A DNA stretch of 64,000 nt from Eledone cirrhosa (GCA_964016885.1 OZ024747.1:46252001-46316000); one strand, 5' to 3'; counted from the stretch's first letter, positions 45,812-60,168 are shown. Program-made: numbers and translations. The notes: generated by a model from the letters alone, not told the origin.

Positions 45812-45936
45812 TACATGGAACTCCTTTAACCATCTTTTGATCTTATATATTATGTATACTCCAGTCCTACAAATTGTAGAGTGCTTCTTATCCGATATCT
45901 GCATTGCTTTATTGTACTACAATAAAACTCACCTCC

Positions 45937-45989
<53 letters not shown>

Positions 45990-46327
45990 TAATAGGAATA
46001 GGATAATCTCATGTAATTTTAATCTACAAAATTTCCTCAACAAGACATTGATCAACGCAAGATTATAGTTTAAGTCACTTGCCTAAGGAGTTACATAGTG
46101 TCTGTGATGCCCATTTCATGCCTCTGTGGTAGGTCTGGGACTATTACACATAAAAATATTTGAAAACAGAAGGAAAATCTGAATAAATATATTAAAAATT
46201 CATATAAAAAATTAATTTCAAATTTGGAAACAGTTATTGGCGATGCACCTCAAATACAACAGCCCATACTATGGTGAACGACCGACTTGGTTAGGTTTTG
46301 TGTTTAAAAGTTGACAATACAAAACAA

Positions 46328-46480
46328 TTAATTGTTTCTACTTTTGCAACAAGGCCAGCAATTACGCCAGTGTATTACGACTTCGTAACGATGAAAGGAA
46401 AGTTAACCTCGGCGGCATTTGAACTTAGATCATAACGGGCCGTAACTCCATGCTGCAAAGCATGGCGTCAGACCCTAATC
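46328..46480 (-). mobile_element. SINE family A body adjoining the 44-bp array
   Basis: Tail, core and B-box continue into the repeated head. Confidence 0.8.
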
Positions 46481-47424
46481 CACTGCCCTAACATGGCGTC
46501 CGACCCTCTACTGATACTACCGATCCACCACCCTAACATGGCGTCAGAACCTCTACCGTACTACCAATCCACCGCCCGAGCATGGCGTCAGACACTCTAC
46601 CGTACTACAAATCCAACGCCCTAGCATGGCGTCCGACCCTCTACCGTACTACCGATCCACCACCCTAACATGGCGTCCGACCCTCTACCGTACTACAAAT
46701 CCACCGCCCTAGCATGGCGTCCGACCCTCTACCGTACTACCGATCCACCACCCTAACATGGCGTCAGACCCTCTACCGTACTACCAATACACCGCCCTAG
46801 CATGGCGTCAGACCCTCTACCGTACTACCAATCCACCGCCCTAGCATGGCATCCGACCCTCTACCGTACTACCGATCCACCACCCTAACATGGCGTCAGA
46901 CCCTCTACCGTACTACCAATCCACCGCCCTAGCATGGCGTCAGACCCTCTACCGTACTACCAATCCACCGCCCTAGCATGGCGTCAGACCCTCTACCGTA
47001 CTACCAATCCACCGCCCTAGCATGGCGTCAGACCCTCTACCGTACTACCAATCCACCGCCCTAGCATGGCGTCAGACCCTCTACCGTACTACCAATCCAC
47101 CGCCCTAGCATGGCGTCAGACCCTCTACCGTACTACCAATCCACCGCCCTAGCATGGCGTCAGACCCTCTACCGTACTACCAATCCACCGCCCTAGCATG
47201 GCGTCAGACCCTCTACCGTACTACTAATCCACCGCCCTAGCATGGCGTCAGACCCTCTACCGTACTACCAATCCACCGCCCTAGCATGGCATCCGACCCT
47301 CTACCGTACTACCGATCCACCACCCTAACATGGCGTCAGACCCTCTACCGTACTACCAATCCACCGCCCTAGCATGGCGTCAGACCCTCTACCGTACTAC
47401 CAATCCATCGCCCTAGCATGGCGC
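46460..47424 (-). repeat. 44-bp minisatellite made of the SINE 5' head, about 22 copies
   Basis: Unit catggcgtcagaccctctaccgtactaccaatccaccgccctag is the reverse complement of the SINE first 44 nt or so (A-box region). Confidence 0.93.
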
Positions 47425-47555
47425 CCCTACATCGCCCTATATACAATAAACAATTTATATGTAACTCTTACGATTTTTAATGTCGATTTGTCGTAATCAC
47501 ATTAAATCACATGAAAGTACTGCAGTGATTCTTTCGACCTCTCATCATTCAAAAA

Positions 47556-48642
47556 ATAATTGTTTCTACTTTTGGCACAAGCAAGGCCAGCAATTATACC
47601 AATACATTACTGGTACTTTATTTTATCGACCCCGTAAGGATGAAAGGCAAAGTTAACCTCGGCGGGATTTGAACTCAGATTGGAAAGGGCCGTAACTATG
47701 CTGGAAAGCAGGGCGTCCGACCCTCTACCGATACTGCCAATCCGCCAAAATAATGGTTTCTGATATAGGCACAAGGCCAGCAATTTTGTGGAAGAGAAAA
47801 GTCGATTAAATTGACACCAGTGCGTAACTGGTACTTTATTTTATCGACCCCGTAAGGGTGACAGGCAAAGTTAACCTCGGCGGGATTTGAACTCAGATTG
47901 GAAAGGGCCGTAACTATGCTGGAAAGCAGGGCGTCCGACCCTCTACCGATACTGCCAATCCGCCAAAATAATGGTTTCTGATATAGGCACAAGGCCAGCA
48001 ATTTTGTGGAAGAGAAAAGTCGATTAAATTGACACCAGTGCGTAACTGGTACTTTATTTTATCGACCCCGTAAGGGTGACAGGCAAAGTTAACCTCGGCG
48101 GGATTTGAACTCAGATTGGAAAGGGCCGTAACTATGCTGGAAAGCAGGGCGTCCGACCCTCTACCGATACTGCCAATCCGCCAAAATAATGGTTTCTGAT
48201 ATAGGCACAAGGCCAGCAATTTTGTGGAAGAGAAAAGTCGATTAAATTGACACCAGTGCGTAACTGGTACTTTATTTTATCGACCCCGTAAGGGTGACAG
48301 GCAAAGCTAACCTCGACGGAATTTGGACTTAGAATGTAAAGTGCCGTAACTCTATGCCAAGAAGTAGGGTGTCCGACGCTCTATCGATTCTGCCAATCCA
48401 CCGCCCTCAAAGAACCAAAATAATAATGATTTCTGGTATAGGCACAAAACCAGTAATTTGGGGGGAGGTGAAAGTCGATTAAATCGACTCCAGTATGTTA
48501 CTGGTACCTTATTTTATCGACACCGTAAGGATGAAAGGCAAAGTTAACCTCTGCGGGATTTGAACTCAGAACTCAAAGGGCCGTGACTCTAAGCTGCGAA
48601 GCATATTGTCCGATGCTCTGTCGATTCTGCCAATCCACCGAC
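47556..48642 (-). mobile_element. Head-to-tail array of five SINE family A units, including an exact 218-bp tandem duplication
   Basis: Identical 101-aa spurious ORFs at 47696 and 47914 confirm the 218-bp period. Confidence 0.9.
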
Positions 48643-49541
48643 TTCGGAGAACCAAAATTGTAATAAAAAAATCGGCCACTGAAGATTCACACTCCGTACG
48701 AATCTCTAACAAACCCAGTGACACGCACACATATACATACAAACACACATACGTGGCACTCTGCTTATGCTAGAATGATGGAACACCTTCGATTTTGACG
48801 AGGAGTATTCCTGTTGTTCGATCAATGTAATCGACGTACAAGTGACTGAGCATTCCGCCGATATCTGTGTGCTTAACATAATTCTCAGGAAGATTCTGCG
48901 TGAAACAGTGTATGACAAGACTAGCTCTTTGAATTTCAGGTGCAGTTTATCCGAAGGGTTTCCAAACTGTTTCCAACTACCCCAATCTCCCTCACAAAGA
49001 AAACGGTACTTGCACTAGATGCGATGCGGTAGGATCGAACCCAGAACCTAATGGTTGTGAAGCGAACTTCTTAACCATTCAACTATACTACTATACAATC
49101 ACACGAGCCTAACGGTGACAACATAAAGTGTCTCCCTAATTAATAATCCCTCTTAGTACAACAACACTGCATAAGTTATTTGCCCTTTCACCCATTGCTT
49201 TATAGTTTTCATTGAAGCTACGATTAGATTACCTCCCCTTCCAGCCCCAATCCCACCTAAGGTCTGCCAAGATCCACTCTACCATTATTATATACCATTA
49301 CAATGGCCCTGAAAGGTAGTAACACTATCTATATTATCAAAAATGCCATCCACACTTTTCTAATCTGATAGAAGTTTTTATTCTTTCTTGTTTTTCTGTG
49401 GGGTGTTTATTATTATTTTTTCGGCGATATTTGATGATTCGGCTATTTTTTTTATCTGCCATACATATTCATGACTATTGTCAAACGGTGACATCTTCAA
49501 CAAAATGCCAATGATCCGAACGTTTTAGTTTCACAATTATG

Positions 49542-49584
<43 letters not shown>

Positions 49585-49681
49585 AAAATGTTTGTATATC
49601 TGTATATAGAGAAATTCAATCACAAAAGGCACCCTATTTAATAAACACACACACACACACACAAACACACACAAACACACA

Positions 49682-49771
<90 letters not shown>

Positions 49772-49787
49772 TATACATATATATAAA

Positions 49788-49844
<57 letters not shown>

Positions 49845-49908
49845 TTCTTTCTGTCTATATATAAACATATATCTTTTAATTCGGTTATATATATATATAC
49901 ACACAGAC

Positions 49909-50043
<135 letters not shown>

Positions 50044-50433
50044 CACACACACATATATATATATATATTCCCGTATTCGATTTGATATATATTTTTGTTA
50101 TATTATTGATATATTTTCATTATTTTGACCAGTTTGAATTTCTGTCCTCCCAACTCATTATGTTTTCAATTATTCTAGCTCCTTCCGTTTTATATTACCA
50201 CTTCTTTCCTTCCTTCCTGTCTTTTTTCTCCTATTTCTATATTTTTATATCCTCTCAACAAATCTTCCACCCAGTCTTATACCAATATTTCCTTTATCTT
50301 CTTTCTCAAAATTATCTATTCGTTTTTTTTCTTCTGATTTTTCAAAAAAAATCCTATTTACTTTTGGTGTCTCTGTGGCTATTATTTTGGTGTCTATATG
50401 TATGTATTTGTATTTGTTTGTTTGTGTGTGAAT

Positions 50434-50473
<40 letters not shown>

Positions 50474-50940
50474 ATGTGTGTCTTTGTGTGTATGTCCGTC
50501 CATGTGTATGTTTATATATGACATATATGTATGTGAAGTATGTATGTAGGTATGGATGTATGCACGCATGTATGTATATATATATATATATGAATGTGTG
50601 TATATATATATATATATACACACGCACTCACACATATACACACACACACACATATGTGTGTGTGTGTGTGCGTGCGTTTGTTTATTTCTGTATATCTGTA
50701 TTTACGTGAATGCATGAAAATATAGCTCGACGTCACACAGCTAGGCAAACAGACCCATTACACATATATATATATAAAAGTATATATATATATATATATA
50801 CTTTTATATATATATATATGTGTGTGTAATGGGTCTGTTATATATTCAATCACAAAAGGCACCCTATTTAATAAACACACACACACATATATGCATATAC
50901 ATATATATATGTGTATATGGTTCTTTCTGCCTATATATAA

Positions 50941-50988
<48 letters not shown>

Positions 50989-51159
50989 GTGTGTGTATGT
51001 GTATGTATATATATATACATATATATATATATATGTGTATATATATATGCATATATATATATATATGTATATATATATGTATATAAATATACATATATAT
51101 GCATAAATATATATGTGTATATAGATTTGTATATATATGTATAGATATATATTTATAAA

Positions 51160-51240
<81 letters not shown>

Positions 51241-51439
51241 ACTGAGAAGCGCAATGTTAATGGCAGTGTCAAATTACAGTGTCAAACGATAGTTTGGGCA
51301 GGCTTCATATTTGTTGCCTGCTATAATTATAAAAAAATTGATTCATTTATAGCAAAATAACCTTCATGATTGCACTTCTTTGTTGTATTGTTTGTTTGTT
51401 GGTTACTGAAGATGGGAACTGGTGTAGGCGGAGAATGGG

Positions 51440-51597
51440 AGAGGGTGAGACAGAGAAGGGGGAATTGTGAGAGAAGTGAGGAAGAGAGAGAAGGGGAATT
51501 GTGAGAGAAGAGAGGAAGAGAGAGAAGGGGAATTGTGAGAGAAGAGAGGAAGAGAGAGAAGGGGAATTGTGAGAGAAGAGAGGAGAGAGAGAGAGAA

Positions 51598-51657
<60 letters not shown>

Positions 51658-51975
51658 GGCAGAAAGAGGGTGGAGAGAGAGAGGGGGTGGAGAAAGAGAG
51701 AGAGAGAGAGGGGGTGGAGAGAAGTGGAGAGAGAGGTGTAGAGAGAGGGTTAGAGAGAGGGGTAGAGAGAGGGAAATTGTGATAGAAGAGAGAGAAGAGA
51801 GAGAGAGAGAGAGAGATAGAGAGCTAGAGGGAAAGAGGAAGAGAGAGAGAGAGAGAGAGAGATAGAGAGCTAGAGGGAAAGAGGAAGAGAGAGAGAGAGG
51901 GGCGAGAGCTAGAGGGAAATTGTGAGAAAAGAGAGTGAGAGAGTGTGTCTGTACGTGAGAGAGAGAGAGAGAGAG
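51440..51975. repeat. GA-rich low-complexity region with short tandem units of about 34 bp
   Basis: (GA)n plus repeated gagagaaggggaattgtgagagaagagaggaaga. Confidence 0.85.
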
Positions 51976-52139
51976 GAGGATGTGTAAAGATGTATGAAAA
52001 CCCTTCCTTCCCTACCTCCCCCACACGATCTCTTCCTCCCCCTCCACCACGCGTCATCAAGTTTTCCGATGTTTCCAGTTATGACAGAAGTGACAAAATA
52101 CCCACACTTCATTTCGTCATTATCGAAGTCGTTATCTAC

Positions 52140-52293
52140 AACAACCAATACCACCACCAGCTACCACTACCACCACTACCTCCACTACCACCATACCTCC
52201 ACTACCACAACCGATACCTCCACCACTACCACTACTACCTCCACTACCACCATACCTCCACTACCACAACTAATACCACCACCACCACCGTAC

Positions 52294-52324
<31 letters not shown>

Positions 52325-53660
52325 ATACCTCCACTACCACCACCACCACCATACCACCACTACCACAACCAATACCACCACAAACTCCAACACCACCATA
52401 CCTCCACTACCACCAGCACCACCACTACCACCACCACCATACATCCACTACCACCATACCTCCACCAGCACCACCAGCACCACCATATCTCCACTACCAC
52501 AACCAATACCACCAGCAACACCACCATACCACCACTACCACAACCAATACAACCAGCAACACCACCATACCACCACTACCACAACCAATACCACCACCAG
52601 CTACAACACCATACCACCACTACCACAACCAATACAACCAGCAACACCACCATACCACCACTACCACAACCAATACCACCACCAGCTACAACACCATACC
52701 ACCACTACCACAACCAATACCACCACCAGCTCCAACACCACCATACCACCACTACCACCACCACCACCAGCTACAACACCACCTTACCTCCACTACCACC
52801 ACCTTACCTCCACTACCACCACCACCACTACCACCACCACCATACCTCCACCACCACCACCACCACCACCACCAGCTCCAACACCACCATACCTCCACCA
52901 CCATCATCACCACTAGCTCCAACACCACCATACCTCCACCACCACCACCACCACCCGCTCCAACACCACCATACCACCACCAGCTCCACAACCACCAGCT
53001 CCAACACCACCATACCATCACCAACACCACCACCACCAACACCGCCACCACCACCACCCACCAGCACCACCACTACCACCACCACCACCACCACCACTGC
53101 CACCAGCACAACCACCACCACTGCCACCATCATCTCCACCAACACCACCACCAACACCACCACCAGCACCCACCAGCAACACCACCAGCACCACCAGCTC
53201 CACTACCACCAACACCACCACCAACACCACCACCAGCACCACCACCACCACCACCCACCAGCAACACCACCAGCTCCAACACCACCAGCACACCACCAAC
53301 ACCGCCACTCCCACCCCCACCCACCAACACCACTACTACCACCAGCACCACCATACCACCACCACCAGCTCCAACACCACCACTACCACCACCACCACCA
53401 CCACCAACACCACGACCACCATCACTTCCACCAGCACCACCATACCACCACCACCAGCTCCAACACCACCACTACCGCCACCAGCACCCACCACCACCAC
53501 CACCACCCACCAACACCAGCACCACCACCAACACCAGCACCCACCACCACCACCCACCAACACCATATACCAGCACCATCAGCACCATCACCACAACTAC
53601 CACCATCACCACAACTACCACCACCACCGCCACCGCCAACACCAACGCTGCTGCTGCTGT

Positions 53661-53747
<87 letters not shown>

Positions 53748-53773
53748 AACTACTACTACTACTACTACTACTA
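52140..53773. repeat. (CAC/ACC)-rich degenerate trinucleotide array followed by (TAC)n
   Basis: Almost no G on the plus strand. Pure (TAC)n at 53661-53772. Confidence 0.9.
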
Positions 53774-54390
53774 AAGGGAACATACTCATGAGCGAGTTTG
53801 AAGAATGCAGGTTGTTGAAGGTGTTCGGAGAAGAAGATGGTGGGATTCGGGATGGAGGCTTGATTTTAGAGAGCTGGTGGTTTGTTAACTTGCCGTTATT
53901 TGATTTTGAGTACTAAAACTATGAAAGAGGTGTTCAAACGACGAACAAAATGCTTTGCAACATTTTCCCAGCTCTTTACGTTCTGTGTTCAAATGCAGGA
54001 AAAGTTAACTTAGCCATTCATTCTTACGGGATCGATAAAATAAAGTTCAAATGATGTAATCGTTTACCTTACTACACCCTCCAATAAAGAACCAGTCATG
54101 TAGTGGTGTCGATATAATCGTCTACCCCACAGCTCCCTCCAAATGTTATGCCTTATGGCTCTATTTCTAAGCTTTGTGACTGTGGTAGTTTTGGGGCTTT
54201 CTCCATAAATGGCACTCAGTTTCCCCACTTTTGGGGGATTTGTTAAGTTTGAATTGTTTAATGTTTGTTTTCTTAGTCTTTATTATAAATTCTATTTTCA
54301 CACTCACAAAAAACAACACAATACCGTTCTATGCCGTCTTTAATGATTTCTTAATGTGAACCCTGTGTGGCTAATAAAGACATTATAATT

Positions 54391-54757
54391 GGTGAATTGG
54401 CAATATCGGGAGAGGGTCGAGCATGCTTTCCAGCATAGTTACCTCCCTTTACAATCTGAGTTCAAATCCCGCCGAGGTTAACTTTGCCTTTCATCCTTAC
54501 GAGGTCGATAAAATAAAGTACCAGTAATGTACTGGTTAAATTGCTGGTCTTGTGCCAAAAGTAGAAACAATTATAATTATGTTTTTTTTAAATTAAAATT
54601 ATTACTATTAAAGTTTGATAATTGTTTCTATTTTTTTTGGCACAAGGCCAGCAATTATCCCAGTACATTACTGGTACTTTATTTTATCGACCCCGTAAGG
54701 ATGAAAGGCAAAGTTAACCTCGGCGGGATTTTAACTCAGATCGTAAAGGGACGTAAC
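54391..54757. mobile_element. Two tail-to-tail SINE family A copies
   Basis: 54391-54575 (+) and 54618-54757 (-). The latter has TSD actattaaagtttgataat. Confidence 0.88.
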
Positions 54758-55124
54758 TATTAAAGTTTGATAATACACACGCACACGAGTGACACATTCG
54801 TGTGTATAAACACAGCAACACATACACTCTCTCAAACACACACACACACGCTCGCGCACGTACACACACACTTTCGCAGTAAATGAACCTGCAATCCTTT
54901 AGGTTATACATTTGTGCATTTAACTCAATATACAACATTGGCTGTAACGTCTGCTGTGTAGAACTAATCTGATAATTTATATGGCTATACCTAAGAGGCA
55001 ACACATCACCTAACACTCAATTTACAGCGCTGCCATGGGACTCGGAACTCTCTCGTAATACTTGACAACAATTTCACAAGTACAGGCCTTTACTTTCGAG
55101 GTTAGTATTATAATTAACTCGTGC

Positions 55125-55194
<70 letters not shown>

Positions 55195-55247
55195 ATGTAT
55201 GTATATATGTATGTATGTATCAATGCATGCATGATTGTATGTATGCA

Positions 55248-55386
<139 letters not shown>

Positions 55387-55407
55387 GCACGAGTTAATTA
55401 TAATACT

Positions 55408-55828
55408 GTGGATTGGCTTGGCAGTATCGGTAGAGGGTCGTACGCCATGCTTTGCAGCATGGAGTTACGGCCCTTTATGATCTGAGTTCACATCCCGCCG
55501 AGGTTAACTTTGCCTTTCATCCTTACGGGGTCGATAAAATAAAGTACCAGTAATGCACTGGGTTATTGCTGGCCTTGTGCCAAAAAGTAAAAACAATTAT
55601 TTTAACATATTCTTGAGGGTGGTGGATTGGCAGTATCGGTAGAGGGTCGGACGCCATGCTTTGCAGCATGGAGTTACGGCCCTTTATGATCTGAGTTCAC
55701 ATCCCGCCGACGTTAACTTTGCCTTACGGGGTCGATAAAATAAAGCACCAGTAACGTACTGCGGTCGATTTAATCGATTTTCCCCTCCCCCAAATTGTTG
55801 GCCTTGTGCCTATATAAGAACCTATTAT
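55408..55828 (+). mobile_element. Two SINE family A copies
   Basis: 55408-55600 and 55617-55828. Confidence 0.88.
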
Positions 55829-55859
55829 TTTAAGGTATTCTTTTGGGATCCTCAATTCC

Positions 55860-56006
55860 GATGCATGACATTCATGATCTTGGCTGGTCTCGCCTGGGGA
55901 TCCAACCGGATCAGTTGGAGTCGGCTTCTTCTGACCGGACCCGCTGGAAGGAGTCTTGCAGGACTCTGCCTCCACGTCCTTCTCAGGAATAAGTGAGCGA
56001 AAAGGA
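55860..56006 (+). mobile_element. 3' end of same RTE-like LINE family as 26420-26598
   Basis: Shared catga.cttggctggtc.cgc, atcagttggag, aggactctgcc and ctcaggaataagtg. Confidence 0.6.
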
Positions 56007-56049
56007 ATATATCTATATACATATATATATATATATATATAGATATATA

Positions 56050-56631
56050 TAGTAATAATAATAAATTTGAAGACTAAGATCCAAAGAGGGCTCGATAAGG
56101 ATAAGTATATATCAAATATATAAGAGCCGTAGAGCAAATATTTATTAAAATAACAGATTAAAGTTTAAGCAAAGAATCGCTGCTTTCACCCTTAACGGGA
56201 TCTTCTGAAACTAACAAAGTCAATCTGTAAACGCAGAACTGGATATTTCAAAAAACGTTGCAACCGGAGGAAGACAGGAAGACGATACTTTGGTTCGTGG
56301 AAACGTTCGCTGGCAAAGGACGGGAAAAAACGAATAATACGTCATTAATAGGAGCGGTGAAAAACAATTACGCGCAAAGACAGAACCACGTTTATGGTAT
56401 AAAAGAAGTCGTAGACTAATGTTCTCTTAGGTGGTGCATAGAGACGTTCTCTGGCAATGAATGGAAAAACGAAGATAATACGTCATATGTGGACCGTGGA
56501 GAACAATAGCGTGCAAAGACAAAACCACGTAAATGGTATAGCAGAAGTCGTAGACTAAAATTCTAACTAGGAGACCAAATGAATCTCCGCTAAGCAGCGA
56601 TTCTTTGCTTAAACTTTAATCTGTTATTTTA

Positions 56632-56638
<7 letters not shown>
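56050..56638 (-). mobile_element. Longest copy of CAGAAGA-hammerhead family, with inverted end and internal duplication of about 140 bp
   Basis: Motif at 56162-56212 (minus). 56593-56638 is inverted relative to 56138-56183. 56302-56425 resembles 56443-56565. (TA)n flanks. Confidence 0.75.
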
Positions 56639-56689
<51 letters not shown>

Positions 56690-56715
56690 ATAGTTGGGGA
56701 GGGTCATATTGTTGT

Positions 56716-57345
56716 AATAATTGTTTCTACTTTAGGCACAAGGCCAGCAATTATCCCAGTGCATTACTGGTACGTTATTTTATCGACCCCGCAAGGATGA
56801 AAGGCAAAGTCAACCTCGGCGGGATTTGAACTTAGATCGTAAAGGGACGTAACTCTATGCCGCAAAGCAGGGCGTCCGACCCTCTACCGATACTGCCAAT
56901 TTGTAATAATGATTTCTAGTATAGGCACAAGGCCAGTAATTTGGGCGGAGGGGAAAGTCGATTAAATCGACCCCAGTACCTTACTGGTACTTTATTTTAT
57001 CGACCCCGTAAGGATGAAAGGCAAAGTTAACCTCGGCGGGATTTGAACTCAGACTGTAAAGGACCGTAACTCTATGCTGCAAAGCATGGTGTCCGACTCT
57101 ACCGATACTGCCAATCCACCGCTCTAATATTGTTGTAATAATATTGCCAGAAATAATTGTTTCTACTTTTGGCACAAGGCCAGCAATTAACCAGTGCATT
57201 ACTGGTACTTTGTTTTATCGACCCCGTAAGGATGAAAGGCAAAGTTAACCTCGGCCTGATTTGAACTCAGTCCGTAAAGGGATGTAACTCTATGCGCCAA
57301 AGCATGGCGTACGACCCTCTACCGATACTGCCAATCCACCGCCCT
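56716..57345 (-). mobile_element. Three SINE family A copies with nested TSDs
   Basis: TSDs ttgtaataat, atattgttgtaataat and attgccagaaataat. Confidence 0.9.
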
Positions 57346-57454
57346 ATATCCATTGCCAGAAATAATAACAGACACACTCACTGTTTGGTTGGTTTTCGCT
57401 TCTGTATCTTTTATATCTCCATAGTTAATTCATTTGGCCATCAATATATATATA

Positions 57455-57660
57455 TATTAAAATAACAGATTAAAGTTCAAGCAAAGAATTGCTGCTTTCA
57501 CCCTCAACGGGATCTTCTGAAACTCAGAAACTCAAAGCAGCGATTCTTTGCTTTATTCTGTTATTTTAATAAATGTTTGCTCTATGGTTCTTATATATTT
57601 AATATATATTTATCCATATCGAACACTCTTTGGATTTTAGTCTTCACATTTATTATTATA
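57455..57660. mobile_element. Inverted-structure copy of CAGAAGA-hammerhead family
   Basis: Minus-strand motif at 57474-57524, followed by the plus-strand 3' end of the same family. Confidence 0.7.
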
Positions 57661-57878
57661 GGGTGGTGAATTGGCAGTATCGGTTGAGTCGGACGCCATG
57701 CTTTGCTGTATAGAGTTACGGCCCTTTATGATCTGAGTTCAAATCCCGCCGAGGTTAACTTTGCCTTTCATCTTTGCGGGGTCGATAAAATAAAGCACCA
57801 GCAACGTACTTGCGTCGATTTGATCGACTTTCCTTCCTCGCCTCCCAAATTACTGGCCTTGTGCCTATATAATTATTA
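57661..57878 (+). mobile_element. SINE family A
   Basis: Matches consensus. Confidence 0.85.
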
Positions 57879-57881
57879 TTA

Positions 57882-57956
<75 letters not shown>

Positions 57957-58216
57957 CGTGTGTACATGCGTATCTGTATATGTGTGTTAGAATATGTTTT
58001 AAAATTACTGTAAAAAAAGACGTTCAATCATTAACTGATTACGCTTGCCACATTATTTGCCCATGTTCGATATCTCCGCAGACTATTTTACTAATATTGA
58101 ATTCCCAAGAACCTCCATTTAACTTCTACTCCATCTAAACACCACATACACAACGTCAGTAAATACTTGTCTTATTATTTCAAACCCCAGTTAAAAAAAA
58201 TCTCCTTAAATTCTCC

Positions 58217-58258
<42 letters not shown>

Positions 58259-58358
58259 TTAATTATCTATCTATCTAATTGTTTATTTCCTTATTTGTTA
58301 TTATGTTTAATCTCTCTCCCCTCCCTCGCTCCCCTCTCTCTCTCTATATATATGTATG

Positions 58359-58418
<60 letters not shown>

Positions 58419-58740
58419 AGTGTGTTTGTGTGTGTGTGTGAGCATTTGTATGTACGTATGTATGTATATATATATGTGTTCGTGTTTGTATGTGTGTGCA
58501 TGTGTATATACGTATGAATGTATGTGTATACGTATGAATGTATGATTATATCTAGCTCTTCATTCATTTACCTGTATATTTATCTACATACATATTGGCA
58601 CCGTTTTAGTTTTACCAATTTATTTTCTGTGATTCTGTTTTTCCTTCTATCTTCGTGGTTCCTTATACTTCTTTATTTTTCCTCGAATTAATTTACCCCG
58701 ACTCCATCAACGCAGTATTCTTTTTACACACACACACGCA

Positions 58741-58783
<43 letters not shown>

Positions 58784-58833
58784 ACAAACACACACATACA
58801 CAAACACACACACAAATACACACAAACACACAA

Positions 58834-59045
<212 letters not shown>

Positions 59046-59163
59046 GATAGATAGATAGATATTTATACATTGAAACAAATCTAAGTGTATATATATATAT
59101 ATATATATATATTTGTCTGTAATATGAGTTACAAATATATATATATATATATATATATACAAA

Positions 59164-59249
<86 letters not shown>

Positions 59250-59251
<2 letters not shown>

Positions 59252-59442
59252 ACGAAGGAAATGTGGTAAGGAAGCAGATGGACCATAACGCACCAAAGTA
59301 CTCTATACTTAGGGTAGTAGAGTGGGTATAAGGAACGAGTAGGACCCCGACGGCTGAGCTCAAGCCGTTTCGACGGCTAATTCTGGACTGAATTAGCCGT
59401 CGAAACGGCTTGAGCTCAGCCGTCGGGGTCCTACTCGTTCCT
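59250..59442. mobile_element. (TA)n-inserted element with fold-back palindrome and 3' half-hammerhead
   Basis: 53-bp perfect arms 59331-59383 and 59390-59442. GAAA-cggct..agccg-TC-ggggtcc at 59402-59431. Relatives at 28170-28290, 28333-28412 and 41916-42042. Confidence 0.75.
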
Positions 59443-59459
59443 ATATGTATATATATATG

Positions 59460-59621
<162 letters not shown>

Positions 59622-59923
59622 CATACATATCGGATACCATCAGCAGCACCCAAACCAATAACACCCAAACCAGCACGCCTTCGATACCAGCGCCAGCCAG
59701 CCCAGTGGATAGGAAGTCCATTAATTATTTCACGTCCCCCGTGTTCACATCAGATAGACCATCATTGAATATTCTTTGCGTAAATAGTTCGATAGTAGAG
59801 TGGTGAGAACGACTGTGTAACTCTGGCAATTCTCTGTTGGTTGGCGGCGTAGAGGTAAGGCGCTAATACAACACAACAGAAATACTTAATTGAAGCCCAA
59901 ATATAAATGTATACACCTTCATA

Positions 59924-59970
<47 letters not shown>

Positions 59971-59985
59971 AAATGCTTGTGTGTT

Positions 59986-60019
<34 letters not shown>

Positions 60020-60022
60020 CAA

Positions 60023-60083
<61 letters not shown>

Positions 60084-60168
60084 CAAGCACAGAACACACG
60101 TACGTAAATGTGGTAGGAAATGGTGCTGTATATAGATGTGTCTATATATATATATATATATATGTAAG

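Noticed and set aside
46460-47424. CRISPR-like appearance of regular repeats (also 24048-24946 and 27191-27688)
   Set aside because: Contiguous tandem units with no unique spacers, no cas genes and a eukaryotic context
51945-53916. 640-aa and 323-aa Pro/His/Thr-rich ORFs (extensin/mucin-like)
   Set aside because: They arise from a CAC/TAC trinucleotide array that is open in most frames on both strands, with no domain or consistent frame
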